Part shown: in pieces, positions 36,484-49,623 of the stretch
Position numbering within the stretch: the stretch's first letter is position 1
How the letters are laid out: every line of letters begins with the position of its first letter
NCBI RefSeq assembly: GCF_002113885.1
Contig: NW_018408896.1
Coordinates: 2,464,858-2,528,857 of the forward strand
Length of the DNA stretch: 64,000 bases
Reading direction: 5' to 3'
Source: Mizuhopecten yessoensis
Taxonomy: Eukaryota
Translations under genes and position numbers: made by a program
Notes under the pieces: generated by a model
Told to the model about the DNA's origin: nothing
Database searches by the model: none
Seen by the model: the letters and a program-made list of their open reading frames with translations, nothing else

Positions 36484-37497
36484 GGATGTACACCTCTGAG
36501 AAGTCAAAAATTTCCTGTATTAAACTTTTTTTCTTAATTGGATTTTTGGAAAAAGGAGTAAATGGCATAGTAGAAAATGCAAAAAAAAATATATGTCCGT
36601 GTGTTCGTTTTTGTGCTATGATCGGTCAAAGATACCAATTTACCACAACATGTGATTTTAGGTGATTTTTGGGGTTTTGACCATTTGCAGAACAAATTCA
36701 TACAATTTCTTCCAAGTGTGTTATCAGATATGTATAAATGTTTGTAGAATTGTTGAAAATATTATTTTCTTTTAAAATATGGAAGTAAAATTTCTTAATT
36801 TTATTGTTTTAACTCAAAAAGCCGATTTTAGTTACCCCTACCCCCAATTTTTTAATGAAAAAATACTCATTTTTTACCGTTTTTTTACAGATTAAACGCT
36901 TGTTATAAAAAGTTCTGGTATTTAACTTTTTTTAATATTTAATGAATTAAATGAAAACGTGTTTCTCTTTCTAAAACATCTACAAAAATGGGGGGTTAGT
37001 GTGCTTCTTTTTTTTGTCCCATTATCATTTGTGTTACTTTTTACTTTTTTCGGGGTCAAAAATCAAAAGTGCTTCAGTTACACTAAATACGTAAAAAAAT
37101 ATCAATAATGTATAATTTTCCAGTTTGTTGCATATTATTTTTATCATATTGAACATTATAAAGTTGTACAGCAAAAATGAACCTGCTACAATTAAAAATG
37201 GCGACACAATGACAATTTAAGTGATCAATCTAGTGCCAAAAAAGGTGAAATTTTGGCCCTTTTTGAAGCACAAGAAATACACATTAATACACATTTTCAA
37301 AATGGCCGCCAAATTGGTATTTTTTTAAATTCTTGTAAAAAAAGTTCTACAAACAACAGGCATCTAGTTTTTTGACATATTTTTCAGATGCTTGTTTGCT
37401 AATAAACTTGATCATAAGTTGTTAAATATTACAAAAACCCATTACACCAGATCAAAACGAGACTTGAACGTGATTGAAACCTCAGAAGAGTACATCC
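36484..37497. mobile_element. Kolobok-type non-autonomous DNA transposon, 1014 bp
   Basis: TTAA at 36480-36483 and 37498-37501. 17-bp TIRs GGATGTACACCTCTGAG / CTCAGAAGAGTACATCC (15/17). Purine (GG) termini favour Kolobok over piggyBac. Confidence 0.8.
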
Positions 37498-38392
37498 TTA
37501 AGTCACATTTTCTGCCTTGCACAAATTGAAGTGAATGCTGTGTTTTCAAGTAAAATTTCATGGTCACAGTATTCACTTGTATCCATTAGAAACAATTTCA
37601 AGAATTATTAATCTCCACAAAAGCTACTTTATACCCACACTTAAGCCCACCATTTGCATTCCCTTCACACAACCTGAAAGTAGTGCCATAGTCGCAGTGT
37701 TCATTGTTAAACTAATTAGGCAAAGATTTTTAACAAAGATGATTCAAGAGAGGAATTTACGGTGGTCATCAATTCAGTGTCCACTATAATGAAAGATTAA
37801 AATACTTACTTGAATTTTTACCTTTCTCATTCTTCACCTTTATTTACCAAAGAAACCTAACCAACGAAGATAGCAAAGAAACCTGATGATCAATCATCAT
37901 GAGTTTGGGGACATATTTCTCCCACAACATTAAGACATAATATCTAGAAAGCCATATGTTGTTTTCTTGGGAAAGCGTAATTCCTGTTTCCAGTCCGGGA
38001 AACATTTGCTATGAACCATGCCATCACAATTGAAGATGACGTCGCAAAGTATTGCTACCTGACGTCATAATAAGTTTGTCCAGGGTGTAACCCCAAAAAC
38101 TCCAAGCAGGTTTATCTAATAAGGAGTGAAGATACAGTACGTATCATGATTGTTGGAGAAATGTGGAATATCAATAAACTAAACCCTAATAATTCAAAAA
38201 TTTGGCGATTGATAAATTACAAAAACATATATTCCGACATTGATTTTATTATAAAGGAAGTTCAAAAAAACATAAAATATGCCTATTTATTTACAATACT
38301 TTCTTCAAATCATGTAACATATTTTAATTGTTTGAGTCAGCCAAAACACAAATTCAAATCCTCACCAGCATGTCAAAAATGCGATTGTCATC

Positions 38393-38530
38393 TAACGTTC
38401 AGTACAATCAATCAACATTTCATACAAACGTTCAGTACAATCAATCAACATTTCATACAAACACAAAGGACAATCAATCAACATTTCATACAAACACATA
38501 GGACAATCAATCAACATTTCGTACAAACAT
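38393..38530. repeat. 33-bp minisatellite, about 4 copies
   Basis: Same monomer and same flanks as the arrays at 17915 and 53232. Confidence 0.9.
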
Positions 38531-38648
38531 AGACAGTATAAATCTGTACTTTATCAAAGCACGAACAAATTATATCCCACCCTTCATAGACACACTTGGC
38601 AACAGATCATCAATGAATACTTCATACAGATGCATACATATCATACAC

Positions 38649-41600
38649 GATGTCGTCTCACATAGTATACATTTGGTAGTTTTCCTTTATACAGGTAAGG
38701 TGTTGGGTGTATGCTAGGTGAGATTTGGTGTCAGCTAGAGAACAATAGGATTTAATAACGGTAAACTATAGTATGTACAAGTGTCTTATCATATAAATAT
38801 GAACATACATAGAAATATGCTTTACACTTCATCATAATATTATTACCTGGGTATTCCTTTTTTACTTTAAATTATACACTTTATCTCTTTTCTGAGTCAG
38901 GTGTAAACAATATTTGTATTATTTTCAAACTTTCAATTAAATATTAAAACTTTGCTCAACATTTTCGATACCTATGTAGGTAGCATACATTTTTATGAAG
39001 TGAAATATGAGGTGCATGTAGCGCACTTGAAATAAAAAAGGGTTCATTTGAACTTTTGCAAGAAATAACTAACAAAAAAAAAAGTCGTCAAATAATAATA
39101 TGATATACTGTGAACTATGTCGCTTCCATTAATTGGGGTAATTTTATATATAATCAGGAGGTTTAGAAGGATAAAATATTGGTTTAGACTTTTATATATT
39201 GAAAACTGTGTTGTATCATAATTTCTTTACATTTTTTTTGTTTAAGAAATGCTTTTATCTGAGGTAACACTGTAATGGTTGATTTTAAACAATTTAGGAT
39301 TCGGAGATATATGGTTAAATCATTACAGTGTTAGTAACCAAAAGTTAATCATGATATAGAGATGAAACAATTTTTGATCATGGTGATTCTTACAGAGCTT
39401 CGATAGATAGTTCACCAAAATGTTTTTATGTAAACATCTTTTGGTACAAATGCTTTCTCTTCAATTTTATCTTACTAAGTATAATCCAGTAAAGTATAGA
39501 ATATATTTTACCGGATAAAATACCTCTTCACATTTATTGAGACTGGCAGATATATAAATATTCCTAGAGAACTAAGTCATTGTAAGGAATGTAACTCCAC
39601 AGACATGAAAGATATATCCATTTCTATTGATGTGTAGTAAATTGCAAAATATTACAGTACGGTTTATTAAAAATATGATTGTAAAAGGTCTCTGCCTTTA
39701 CTGTCGGCGAACAGTAAGTGTGGACTATGGACGATTTTATTTGATGATTTGATTGTTGAGTTGCGTCAGTAACGTTGTTCATCACTTTGATGATGTATCG
39801 ACGGATCTCATTGGCTGCATTGAAAATAGGCGGTACTTTCTAGTTGCATAGTGCGTGATGTGTCATTATGAAGGTAACGTGCACAGAATCAACATGGACG
39901 ACTCAAAATCGGCAGATGACTTTGTCAAAAGTTTGGACCCAGGTCTACTAACATACAAGTATGAACTGTACATGAGGTCGGTAACAAGCGAACGTTACAA
40001 TTCCTGAGACCTAGAGAGGTCCAACTTATGCAAATCCCGGACGTATATAAACGTGTTCTAATTGACCAGATAATTAACCTGCAGTCTCCAGACACGAAGA
40101 ATGCACTAAAGAGACACAGGAGCCCGTTTAATGCTACAATCAGTACTAATCCAAAAGCCGAATCGCTTCGCCCAAAACAACTGAAATATGATTCCGCCTC
40201 ATCAAGTGTGTGTAATGCTGACGACGAAGTTGCAACTATAACCCTAAATCCCCCGGCAAAGAAAACTGATATGGAGAAATGTACTACGCCGCCTCTGGTC
40301 AAGTCCGCTGGGTACGTATACCTTGAAAACGAACTGTAACGTCTTACAGGCAAACAAAGCACAACTATTTACCTGTTTCAGAATAAAAAAGGAGGAGGTG
40401 AAATTAAAGCAAATGACGCCTGTGTCACCAACACCAACCGCAATTCCTGGATGCACAATCACTAAATTGACGTGCGACAACTGCCCTCATGAAGGACATC
40501 GTGCCCATGGCAATAAAAATAACAGATCCTGTCCATTTCTGAAGTGTGCGAAAATTGTTCAACAAGTGTGGTTATGTGTAGACAAAATATGTAATCATGT
40601 GTATACCTTCCGTTGCCAATCAACGCGTTTTCGTTCTTTAAGTCCAGATATTTTTAAACCCGTGTTTGATAGCACAGGTCCTTGTTTTACGAGTAAAAAG
40701 ACAATTTACACATGTCCTATAATAACATGAGGATGTGTTATCTTTTTCTCGTGTCAGTCTTTTTTTTACTAGTTACTGGTTGTCAGCACAGGGGATAGGT
40801 TTTGGAATTTTGAGTAATAAATTACGTAAATTGTAATAATTTTGGTTAAATATCCCGAAATCGAGCCCCTGTGGGTGTCGGTAATCGGCACATGCCTGTT
40901 GTGAGAAGCCCTGTCGTCTCACCTGCTGTGCGACTATAATTACACTGAGTGGCTACTAATTGGATGTCAATCACACTGAAGAGAACGCTTGCTGAAACAG
41001 AGTGAACCAATCAAAGATAGCGTTACATGTCCACCGAGGACATTGTACAATGACACGAGGTATTTGTTCGGGCAACTTGTCAAGTCATCAAAGGAGCTCG
41101 CGGTAGTTAAAAATCAAATGACCAAATATAATCATCCACATTTGCTGTTCGCCGACAGTAAGGCTATTCGGTTATCAAGTGTGCATATAATGTACATTAT
41201 CTCTGTAAATTGTATTTTGTATATCATGTATTGATTGGTCCATGGCCCAAGGTTTGAATAAATCTTGACATTCGTGAAGTTATGAAAAGTGAAAACGATA
41301 AAAACAATTTTCTTTTCTTTCTACTGTGTATGTCCGAACGATATCAGTTTAAGAACTCAATTCTGCATACACAACCATGAAAATAAGAAATATTCAGTTA
41401 ACTGTGATTGCATCAATTGAAATTATAGACAATGCACTACAGAATGTTTAAATGGTCTTTGATATTTAATAAGGTTAGGTAATGAGGCTTTTCTTCCGAC
41501 CAACAATAATTCAAGATTGGAATATCATGCAGGCGGCTAGTATCTTGCAGCTATAATGTTATAATAACTGAGAATTGTGAAAGCACATTTTTTTTGACTT

Positions 41601-41942
41601 CTGATAGAAAATACACACATTTCTTTTACTTTCGTAATAAACATATACCATCTACTGCAAAGTACCACATGTCATAAAAATATTTTTTTACAAAGATAAT
41701 GGAATATTTATTTGATTAAAATAGACATAATTTCTTAATAATGATATTTATTATAACATATCCACCACCACCATTTTGAAACAGACTATTACCAAATTGT
41801 TATTTGATGTGAAAATAGACATGTATGCTGGGTGAGACTACCGTCACCGTACCCAAATCGGGAGTGTACCCAAAACGGGACACTTGATTTGGGTACATCG
41901 ATGTTAGGTATTTTAGCAATGTATACTAGGCAAGAATAAACC
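38649..41942. mobile_element. 3294-bp DNA-transposon-like insertion with 8-bp TSD
   Basis: TCATACAC at 38641-38648 and 41943-41950. Empty-site homologues at ~19255-19290 and ~57450-57490. Imperfect in-register TIRs GATGTCGTCTCACATAGTATACATT vs GGTTTATTCTTGCCTAGTATACATT. Confidence 0.8.
39894..40560 (+). pseudogene. Frameshifted ORF with an N-terminal SAM-like domain and a Cys/His zinc-binding motif
   Basis: Joining frames gives MDDSKSADDFVKSLDPGLLTYKYELYMRSVTSE/TLQFLRPREVQLMQIPDVYKRVLIDQIINLQSP (SAM-like pattern) and later CDNCPHEGHRAHGNKNNRSCPFLKC. Start is in an AACATGG context. Confidence 0.6.
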
Positions 41943-42431
41943 TCATACACCTCTACTTTATAAAACATATACACATCTCTACAACATTTCATAAAATCAC
42001 AAACAGGTGATACTTCTATATTTCATACAGGTACATCCATAAATAATATATACTTTCATTAAACACACACAAATCACATCATAACATTCTGAATGTGTTT
42101 TTCTCGTCATTATATGAATGTAAAGATAGGCAATGACGTACCGATCTGTTTAAGCATGACTCTGGCAATCCTTAACTTAAAAATGTATCGTAATGTTGAA
42201 GATAAACAGTGACCATGAGAATACGATTTTCCCAATAGAAAACTTGACACGTTATAGGAGTAAAACTATACATTATCACATAAAGACTCGCATGTCTACA
42301 GCAACGTTGTTTGGCGAAGATATTGATATTCCTCAGTGAGTACATGTAGGTTATACTTTCATACTAAGTAAATAGTATACTGTCAGCATACTACTGTCGG
42401 TTTCTGGTTCGTCTGTATAATTAGATCGTTG

Positions 42432-44426
42432 TTACTGATCATTAAGTTTAAAGACATGTACGTAGTTCCTATTCTGTGATGACTCGTTTGTCACAACAAA
42501 CATGTCCCCACAGACAGATATCGCTCTCGGACTGTATACACCGTCTGATGACGTCAGCAGTTCTCTGACGTGGGCCCCATCCTCCGACATTTGTACCACG
42601 TTGTTAGACTCCCGCCCACACACGTACACATTGCCTTCTACGTCGACGTCTACTCCAAACGCGTTCTTCAGGACACCAACTGTCACAATGTCTGCACCAG
42701 TACCGTCTGACAGTCTGTATACCGCTACGCCCCCACTCATGGATATCCACTGACTGCCATATACATGAAGGGTTCTTGGATCGGACACAAGATGATAGCA
42801 TTGGAAAGGGTAAGTTTGTATATGTTGCGTATTTCCATTTTGTTGGACATTGTACAAGACCTCCCTACAACTCACAGTAAACTCGTCACCTGTAGTAGTG
42901 ATACCCCAGGGAGTTATACTATTTGAGAGTTTTATTTCTGACAGAAGAGTTAATTTTGAGGACTCGACTTTAACGACGTTTATAATAGGCGCATTATAGT
43001 TAGCGACTGCTACAGTGTGATCATCCACACGACACATGTCATACGGTTTTCCTTGAAGTTTCATCTCATCTTCATATTTCCCTGAAGCTGTAAACAATTT
43101 GATCTTTTTGTTGTGATAATCTCCAACAACAATATGATCATTCGGTAAGTAAACGATCCCAGGTGCATGGCAATCTGCGTCATCTGATGGACACTTGATG
43201 CAGAACTTGCTTACCTCCGTTACTCCACATTGTGATAAGGGAGACGACATAGGACCAGGAAGACGACTAGGAGTCTTTTCCATTTTGATGTTGCCCATAG
43301 ATAGTGGACTGTCCTTATCCAACGTTAGGAGATTTGGGTCGACGATGTGTTTTATTCTGACTGTGGTGAAATTCTTCCTCATTTCTGTGACCAGGTCCTC
43401 GTAAGACTTGACCTCCGCCTGACCTCTCTGATACAACAAGATCGTGTCCACACTGTCATTCCTCTGAATCGCTTTCCCCGAAGATTCTATTGTGCTTTGA
43501 ATCGAAAACATCAGTCGTTCACATTTCTGCATAGACATCTCCAGATCATATTTCTCTTCTTTGTAATTTGCTATCAGCTCATCTGTGATATTTTTCTGCA
43601 TAACGTCAAGACGTGTGTCGATCTGTTGCCGTAGATCTGCTAAACTCTTCAATCCAGTGTCTTGGTCTTCTAACAAGGTCTGAAGTTGCTCACCAAACTC
43701 TGTGATAAGTAACTCAATGGCTTCCGTTGTTTTCTTCAGTGATGTGTTCAAGTCATCAAGGCGTAAGTCCCTCTTCAGTTTATCACAATACTCCTGTGTC
43801 GTTGTTACTTCGTCACATCGTCTGTGGTCTATGGCGATACATCTACTACAGCCAAGTATCTGGTGATCTTCACAGTAGTAATCCATCTTCTCTGTATGTT
43901 TGCCACATCTGACTTGTTTTGTTAATTGTCGTTGTACCATACCAGCTTTTCCTGTTACATCTACTGTTTCACATTCGTCAAGAAACAAATCGTGATATTC
44001 GAGTTTACAGGTCTCACAAAACAAGACGTTACAAGTTTTACACCAGATTGTTGCAGGTGTCCGTGTGTTTCCTTTTTTCCGACAAGGCTTACAATACATC
44101 GGCTCACGTTCTGCTACTTTTACCAGGCCTTTAATCAAATTATTCGCTGGGAACTGTTGAGCCCATTTATCTTTGTCCTCAGCCGCATTGACCGGATTGG
44201 TCATCTTCCTACAAACTGGACATGGGAAGGCAGTGGCGGACGCCATATTTCCCGATATATCATTGGTGATGAAGGTGGACAGACATTCCTGGCAGAAGGA
44301 ATGAAGACACGGGAGCGACTTGGGTTGGTGCAACTTTTCCAGACAGATCGGACAATCTAACAGGTGGGAATCCATCTCAGGTCTGGAGATCTCAGAGACT
44401 TCATGAGAAGATCCTCCTTCTGCCAT
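42432..44426 (-). CDS. TRIM-NHL-like E3 ubiquitin ligase copy 3 (664 aa)
   Basis: RING, two B-boxes, coiled coil, NHL-like repeats. ATG (MAEGG) at 44426 follows a polypyrimidine/TAG acceptor. Confidence 0.95.
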   Translation of the reverse strand: MAEGGSSHEVSEISRPEMDSHLLDCPICLEKLHQPKSLPCLHSFCQECLSTFITNDISGNMASATAFPCPVCRKMTNPVNAAEDKDKWAQQFPANNLIKGLVKVAEREPMYCKPCRKKGNTRTPATIWCKTCNVLFCETCKLEYHDLFLDECETVDVTGKAGMVQRQLTKQVRCGKHTEKMDYYCEDHQILGCSRCIAIDHRRCDEVTTTQEYCDKLKRDLRLDDLNTSLKKTTEAIELLITEFGEQLQTLLEDQDTGLKSLADLRQQIDTRLDVMQKNITDELIANYKEEKYDLEMSMQKCERLMFSIQSTIESSGKAIQRNDSVDTILLYQRGQAEVKSYEDLVTEMRKNFTTVRIKHIVDPNLLTLDKDSPLSMGNIKMEKTPSRLPGPMSSPLSQCGVTEVSKFCIKCPSDDADCHAPGIVYLPNDHIVVGDYHNKKIKLFTASGKYEDEMKLQGKPYDMCRVDDHTVAVANYNAPIINVVKVESSKLTLLSEIKLSNSITPWGITTTGDEFTVSCREVLYNVQQNGNTQHIQTYPFQCYHLVSDPRTLHVYGSQWISMSGGVAVYRLSDGTGADIVTVGVLKNAFGVDVDVEGNVYVCGRESNNVVQMSEDGAHVRELLTSSDGVYSPRAISVCGDMFVVTNESSQNRNYVHVFKLNDQ

Positions 44427-45714
44427 CACGTTTGAAGAGTAATGGTGTCTATCAATGTAGAAAAAATGGAAAATTTAATGTAACAGGGGATTATTTTTTA
44501 TGTTAATATATGACTTTGAATGGATTTTAAAATGAGGAAAGGTCTTGTTGTGAGGAACTTTATGGGGTTGTGTGATAGTATAGTTATTTTATGAAATAAT
44601 TTGGTGTGAGGAACTTGAGTACTTGTAGTCGCCTGACATCACCGGACATTTTATTGGTCAGAGCTAACAACTGAATAATTTTTAACTTGACAATCGTCAC
44701 TCAGCACTTAGGCGTTGGAAAGTATAAGACGACCAATTTTAGAAGTTTTGGACGTTTATTTTGAAGAAAAATTAGAGGACCGGGCGAGTTTTTAAAAATA
44801 TATGTTTCTATATTATTTATATGTATTCTGTACTTAGTTATCAGAATACTGCTCTTAAGTTATGTTTAAATTATGAATGAAGTATTTAATCATAATATTC
44901 TGATTAAAGGTAAAGAAATAATGTAGTGTAAGTTTCTAAATTGTTTTATAATTTCTACTTTCAAATTATAAAGTAAAGTTAATAGTCTTGGTTTTTATAA
45001 GGTTCATTCCCTTCATTTCAGTGACATAGATCTGTTTTCCTACTTCAGTAGCATAACAAAAGAGCCGAATTTCTGTGCTCATTCGAAAGGTTTGTAGGGT
45101 TAGTTGAATATATATTCTCATATATTCTAGATGTATGTTTTATATTGGTAATGTAATTCAATAATAAATTTGAATTGATTTGTAGATTCGATAGTATTGA
45201 TATGTATATTGTGAAAATATTGTGAAAATATGAAGTTCATTGTAACCAATACAATTGATATAATACGATGTGTCTATCAGATATCTAATGTTCTATTTAG
45301 CGTGGTATCGTATATGTAAGGTTTATGTACCTTGATGTAAATAGACTATAATGAGAGGTCTGAGTGAATGTGTAATTTGTACTTACATGTTTCTTTTTTA
45401 AACACAAACATGTGTAAGAATAAAACTCAAGAATGAACCCGACAGTGTCTGTAAAATTATATTACACATCAATAATAACACTGTGACATTATTAATATCT
45501 GATCTGTTTGTGACAGACTCACATATGTGTTTCTTTTGTACAAATAAAGACTGATCTCACACGAAATATAGTGTAACCATGGCAATAAAATGCAGCTATG
45601 CTGGAAAACATCTTTCCAACTACGAAAGTAAACAGATTTATTAGTATCGAGTAAGTTTTATGCACGTGAGAGCACTTGGTATAACTGTATGGTACTTATT
45701 ATATTATACTTGTA

Positions 45715-46650
45715 TACACGTAGATATTGACATTGTGTGAGATTTGTGATACACGTATGTACATTTAGTTGTTAGTTTATATTACACGTAGATAATGATA
45801 TCGAGTAGGATTTTAACACACTGTTTTACATGTATTAGTATCGGGTAAGATTTGTGATTCACATGTGTACACGTAGATATTAGTTTATATCATACGTAGA
45901 TAATGATATCGAGTAAGAATTGAACACACTATTTAACACGTATTAGTATCGGCTAAGATTTGTAATACACGTGTGTACACGTAGATATTAGATTATATTA
46001 CACGTAGATAATGATATCGAGTAGGAGTTTAACACACTGTTTTACATGTATTAGTATCGGGTAAGATTTGTGATACACATGTGTACACGTAGATATTAGT
46101 TTATATCATACGTAGATAATGATATCGAGTAAGAATTGAACACACTATTTAACACGTATTAGTATCGGCTAAGATTTGTAATACACGTGTGTACACGTAG
46201 ATATTAGATTATATTACACGTAGATAATGATATCGAGTAGGAGTTTAACACACTGTTTTACATGTATTAGTATCGGGTAAGATTTGTGATACACATGTGT
46301 ACACGTAGATATTAGTTTATATCATACGTAGATAATGATATCGAGTAAGAACTGAACACACTATTTAACACGTATTAGTATCGGCTAAGATTTGTAATAC
46401 ACGTGTGTACACGTAGATATTATATTATATCACACGTAGAAAATGATATCGAGTGGGATTTTTAACACACTGTTTTACATGTATTAGTATCGGCTAAGAT
46501 TTGTAAAACACGTGTGTACATGTCAGTATCGGCTAAGATTTGTAATACACGTGTGTACATGTATTAGTATCGGCTAAGATTTGTAATACACGTGTGTACA
46601 TGTCAGTATCGGCTAAGATTTGTAATACACGTGTGTACATGTCAGTATTT
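45715..46650. repeat. Intronic ~108-bp minisatellite with alternating variants, plus short ~40-bp units
   Basis: Tandem ACACGTAGATAATGATATCGAGT..TATCGG(C/G)TAAGATTTGT units, paralogous to the 11420 and 26280 arrays. Confidence 0.88.
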
Positions 46651-46805
46651 GTTTCCAGTTAGATTTAAACTACACGTTTGTATACGTGAAAACCAAGTAA
46701 GATTTGTAATGCAGCTGTGTATACCTGGATTTTAGAATCGGTTAAAATGAAGTATTGAAATTAACAAAACAACACCTAGAGAAGTACTGAGTAATTTCAA
46801 AATAA

Positions 46806-47163
46806 ACAAGAGGCCCAGAGGGCATGTATCGTTGAAATCCAAGGCAATATGTAGCATATCTGTATTAGATTTTTCATGTCCAGCAAGTTTATGTATGGTT
46901 ATGGGATGGGGATCTCAACTGTATCCAAGCTAGCTGTGACTCAGATACTAGGTCCGTAGGAGTTCAGTCAGACCCCAGGGTCTATTATAATATCATGGCT
47001 GCATTTGTCTCTTTATGCCCAGCATTTGTATTTATAGTTTTGGGGTGGGGATCTCAACCGTTTCGAAGTTATGACCCAGGGGTTAAGTCTGCAAGGGTGG
47101 GGCAGACTCCAAGTCCATTCTGGAAGCATAAGCGCACTTTGGTCCTTCGGACCAGGTGAACTA
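46806..47163 (-). mobile_element. Helentron-associated non-autonomous element (HINE)
   Basis: Present only in unit 3, inserted in an A/T run without TSD. Minus strand begins TAGTTCACCTGGTCCGAAGGACC (hairpin) and ends GCCCTCTGGGCCTCTTGT (palindrome), with two internal repeat units. Confidence 0.8.
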
Positions 47164-49623
47164 ATAATCAATAGAGTGAGTGTTTATTATGAAACGTGCC
47201 ACTATTCAAAAGAGAAAACTATGGCCATCATGGTCATGTCAAACCTCGGGGACTGATACATTCATTTCGCCTCACACAAGATTAAAACTATAACAATTCA
47301 GTTATAGATAAAGAGTGCCAAAAAGAACTACACTGCACGATACAGTCGTTTCGTGTTTCTTAGTCCCATCGGTGATGCTGAGGTCAAAAATATGGAAATC
47401 CGAATGTTTTAAACTACTGTTGTAACAGAAAGGGGTGCTTAAATAGGTACATCAACTAATGGGTGATAATCTAGGAGTCAGGGAAGGTTGAATTGATCAG
47501 ACCTACTAACACCATCAAAGGATTTAGCCGAAACCATATACCTAAGTGGTGGATCAGGAGAGGTTTCGAGTCATAAATTTTCCTAGTCTGCCTTCTCCCT
47601 CCAAATAGTTATTTTCTCAATTTTTTAAAATTAATTTTACGACTAAACTCACACTACTTTTCATTAATTTTAAAATCTTCACCAGTTTTGTTTCTGAATC
47701 CACCACTGTCACTGTTATTGCAAGAAGTAATATGGCATACTCAGCGAATAATATCTAATATCCAGCGACAGGAAATCAACGTAAAACCAATGGGGTAAGA
47801 ATATAACGCACATATGCTGACTGTAGGTACTATACTCGACCACATTGATAGACCTTCGATCTCCTGTAGCCCAACCTAATCTAACACGACATTCATCATG
47901 AATACAACCGACAATGATATCTGTATTCAACTAAGCTGTGTGTATATAGCCACCATCAGGCCAAAATTGGCACCCATCCTTAACTTATACGTGGTGACAT
48001 TGAATCTAATAAATGGCAAGCTATTAATTATATAGATAGATATATTTATATCTAGATCTAATTATAACGTCACAATATTTCATTTGCCAGCTCGGGCTAG
48101 GGATTTGACGTCGGCGTTTCGTGTTAACACCAAGTACTTTCGATTTCTATATACGTAACAGGGGCAACTATTTATATAACAACTGCTCATTTTCCGTATC
48201 TTTTATGCAAACTTTACACAAGGAAATACGAGTAAATTTCAATAAATATGTTGTCCTCCAATTACTCTGGATTCTAACTTAACAAGATACTAACCTTGTA
48301 GCCCTTATAAAGCCGACAATGATGTGTATTCAGCCAAATGCCGTAGGGAGTAATTAACAGCGACGTGTACAGTCTTGTGATCGTTATATCACACTAAATA
48401 TAAAACCGATACGACGGGACACAAACTCCCGGATATAGAGTCATTTCTTTTTCGGAGAAAATATGTTTAGTGAAACCAGTATATATACAAATATAAAGAA
48501 TAAATAATTTCATTCTGAAATTATGCATATATTATTTTGAATTAAATAAATCATTCACTGATGACATCTCACGTATTACTTCGTTTGGTTTGCATGGGAT
48601 CAAATATATATAGATATTTTTCTAAACAAAGACAATATACTTTTACATAAGATCATTAGTTGAGCATATTAATTTAACGAATGAGCAATGAAGATTTTGT
48701 CGGAGAAGAATTTGTGAGATTTTCCGGATACTTTAACGTCACTTTCAGATACATGTTTATTGAATATGTTTCGACCTCTACTAACGAGAATTCTGGTAAC
48801 TACTGACATCTCCTTTATACTTCTACTTGATATCAGGGTCTGCTGTTATCGTGACTTACGTACCTTAGACAAATCATATTCACTTCATTATAAAACTATG
48901 GTCAAACATCTCGAGTTTAGTTCCCTGATTATTTGCACTCTTCACACCAGTATGAGACTCCCACTCTCCCATGTATACCGATATTACTGACTATTGCCGA
49001 ATACATTTGAGACGAGAAATGGTGGTGTTAAAGGCTTAGGGCAAGTGTTTGGTTTTCATCAGGATCTCATTGGGAAACATCCTACGGTATTTCAGTTAAT
49101 CAGTTATTTAATATGCAGGTCGATATTTTTTTTTTAATTATGTTTCTTAGTATACATTGCGGTTTATTGTCACTTTCCAAGTTCTCACTTTGAAAATGTG
49201 AAATTACGTTTATTTAATACAGACTTGCATACCGAGTGTTATCAATGAGACAAAAAAGCTTACCATTCCGAAACATCTGGTCATATTCTGTTTGTATATT
49301 TTTCAATAGTATTCATGTAAATCTTTCCTTGTTCATAGTGCCCTTTGAGCAATCTATTTCGAGATCTTACAATGGTTCTTTTGTCACCTTGATATCCACT
49401 TGTCTCTGTTTTTCATTTTCAGGATTATATAGATAGATATGTATTTTTAACAAACTGAAACTACGTAATAATTTCATTTACCTTAGAGACTCCGAGAAAA
49501 CATTATGGAAGTGACACGTCTAGATGAGGTCAAGAGACAGACAGCACATGAATTTTTAAGATCGTCAGCACAATATTTAGGTTTTGCAGTAAAAGCAAAA
49601 ATGTCTATGCAGATTAAAGCGAT

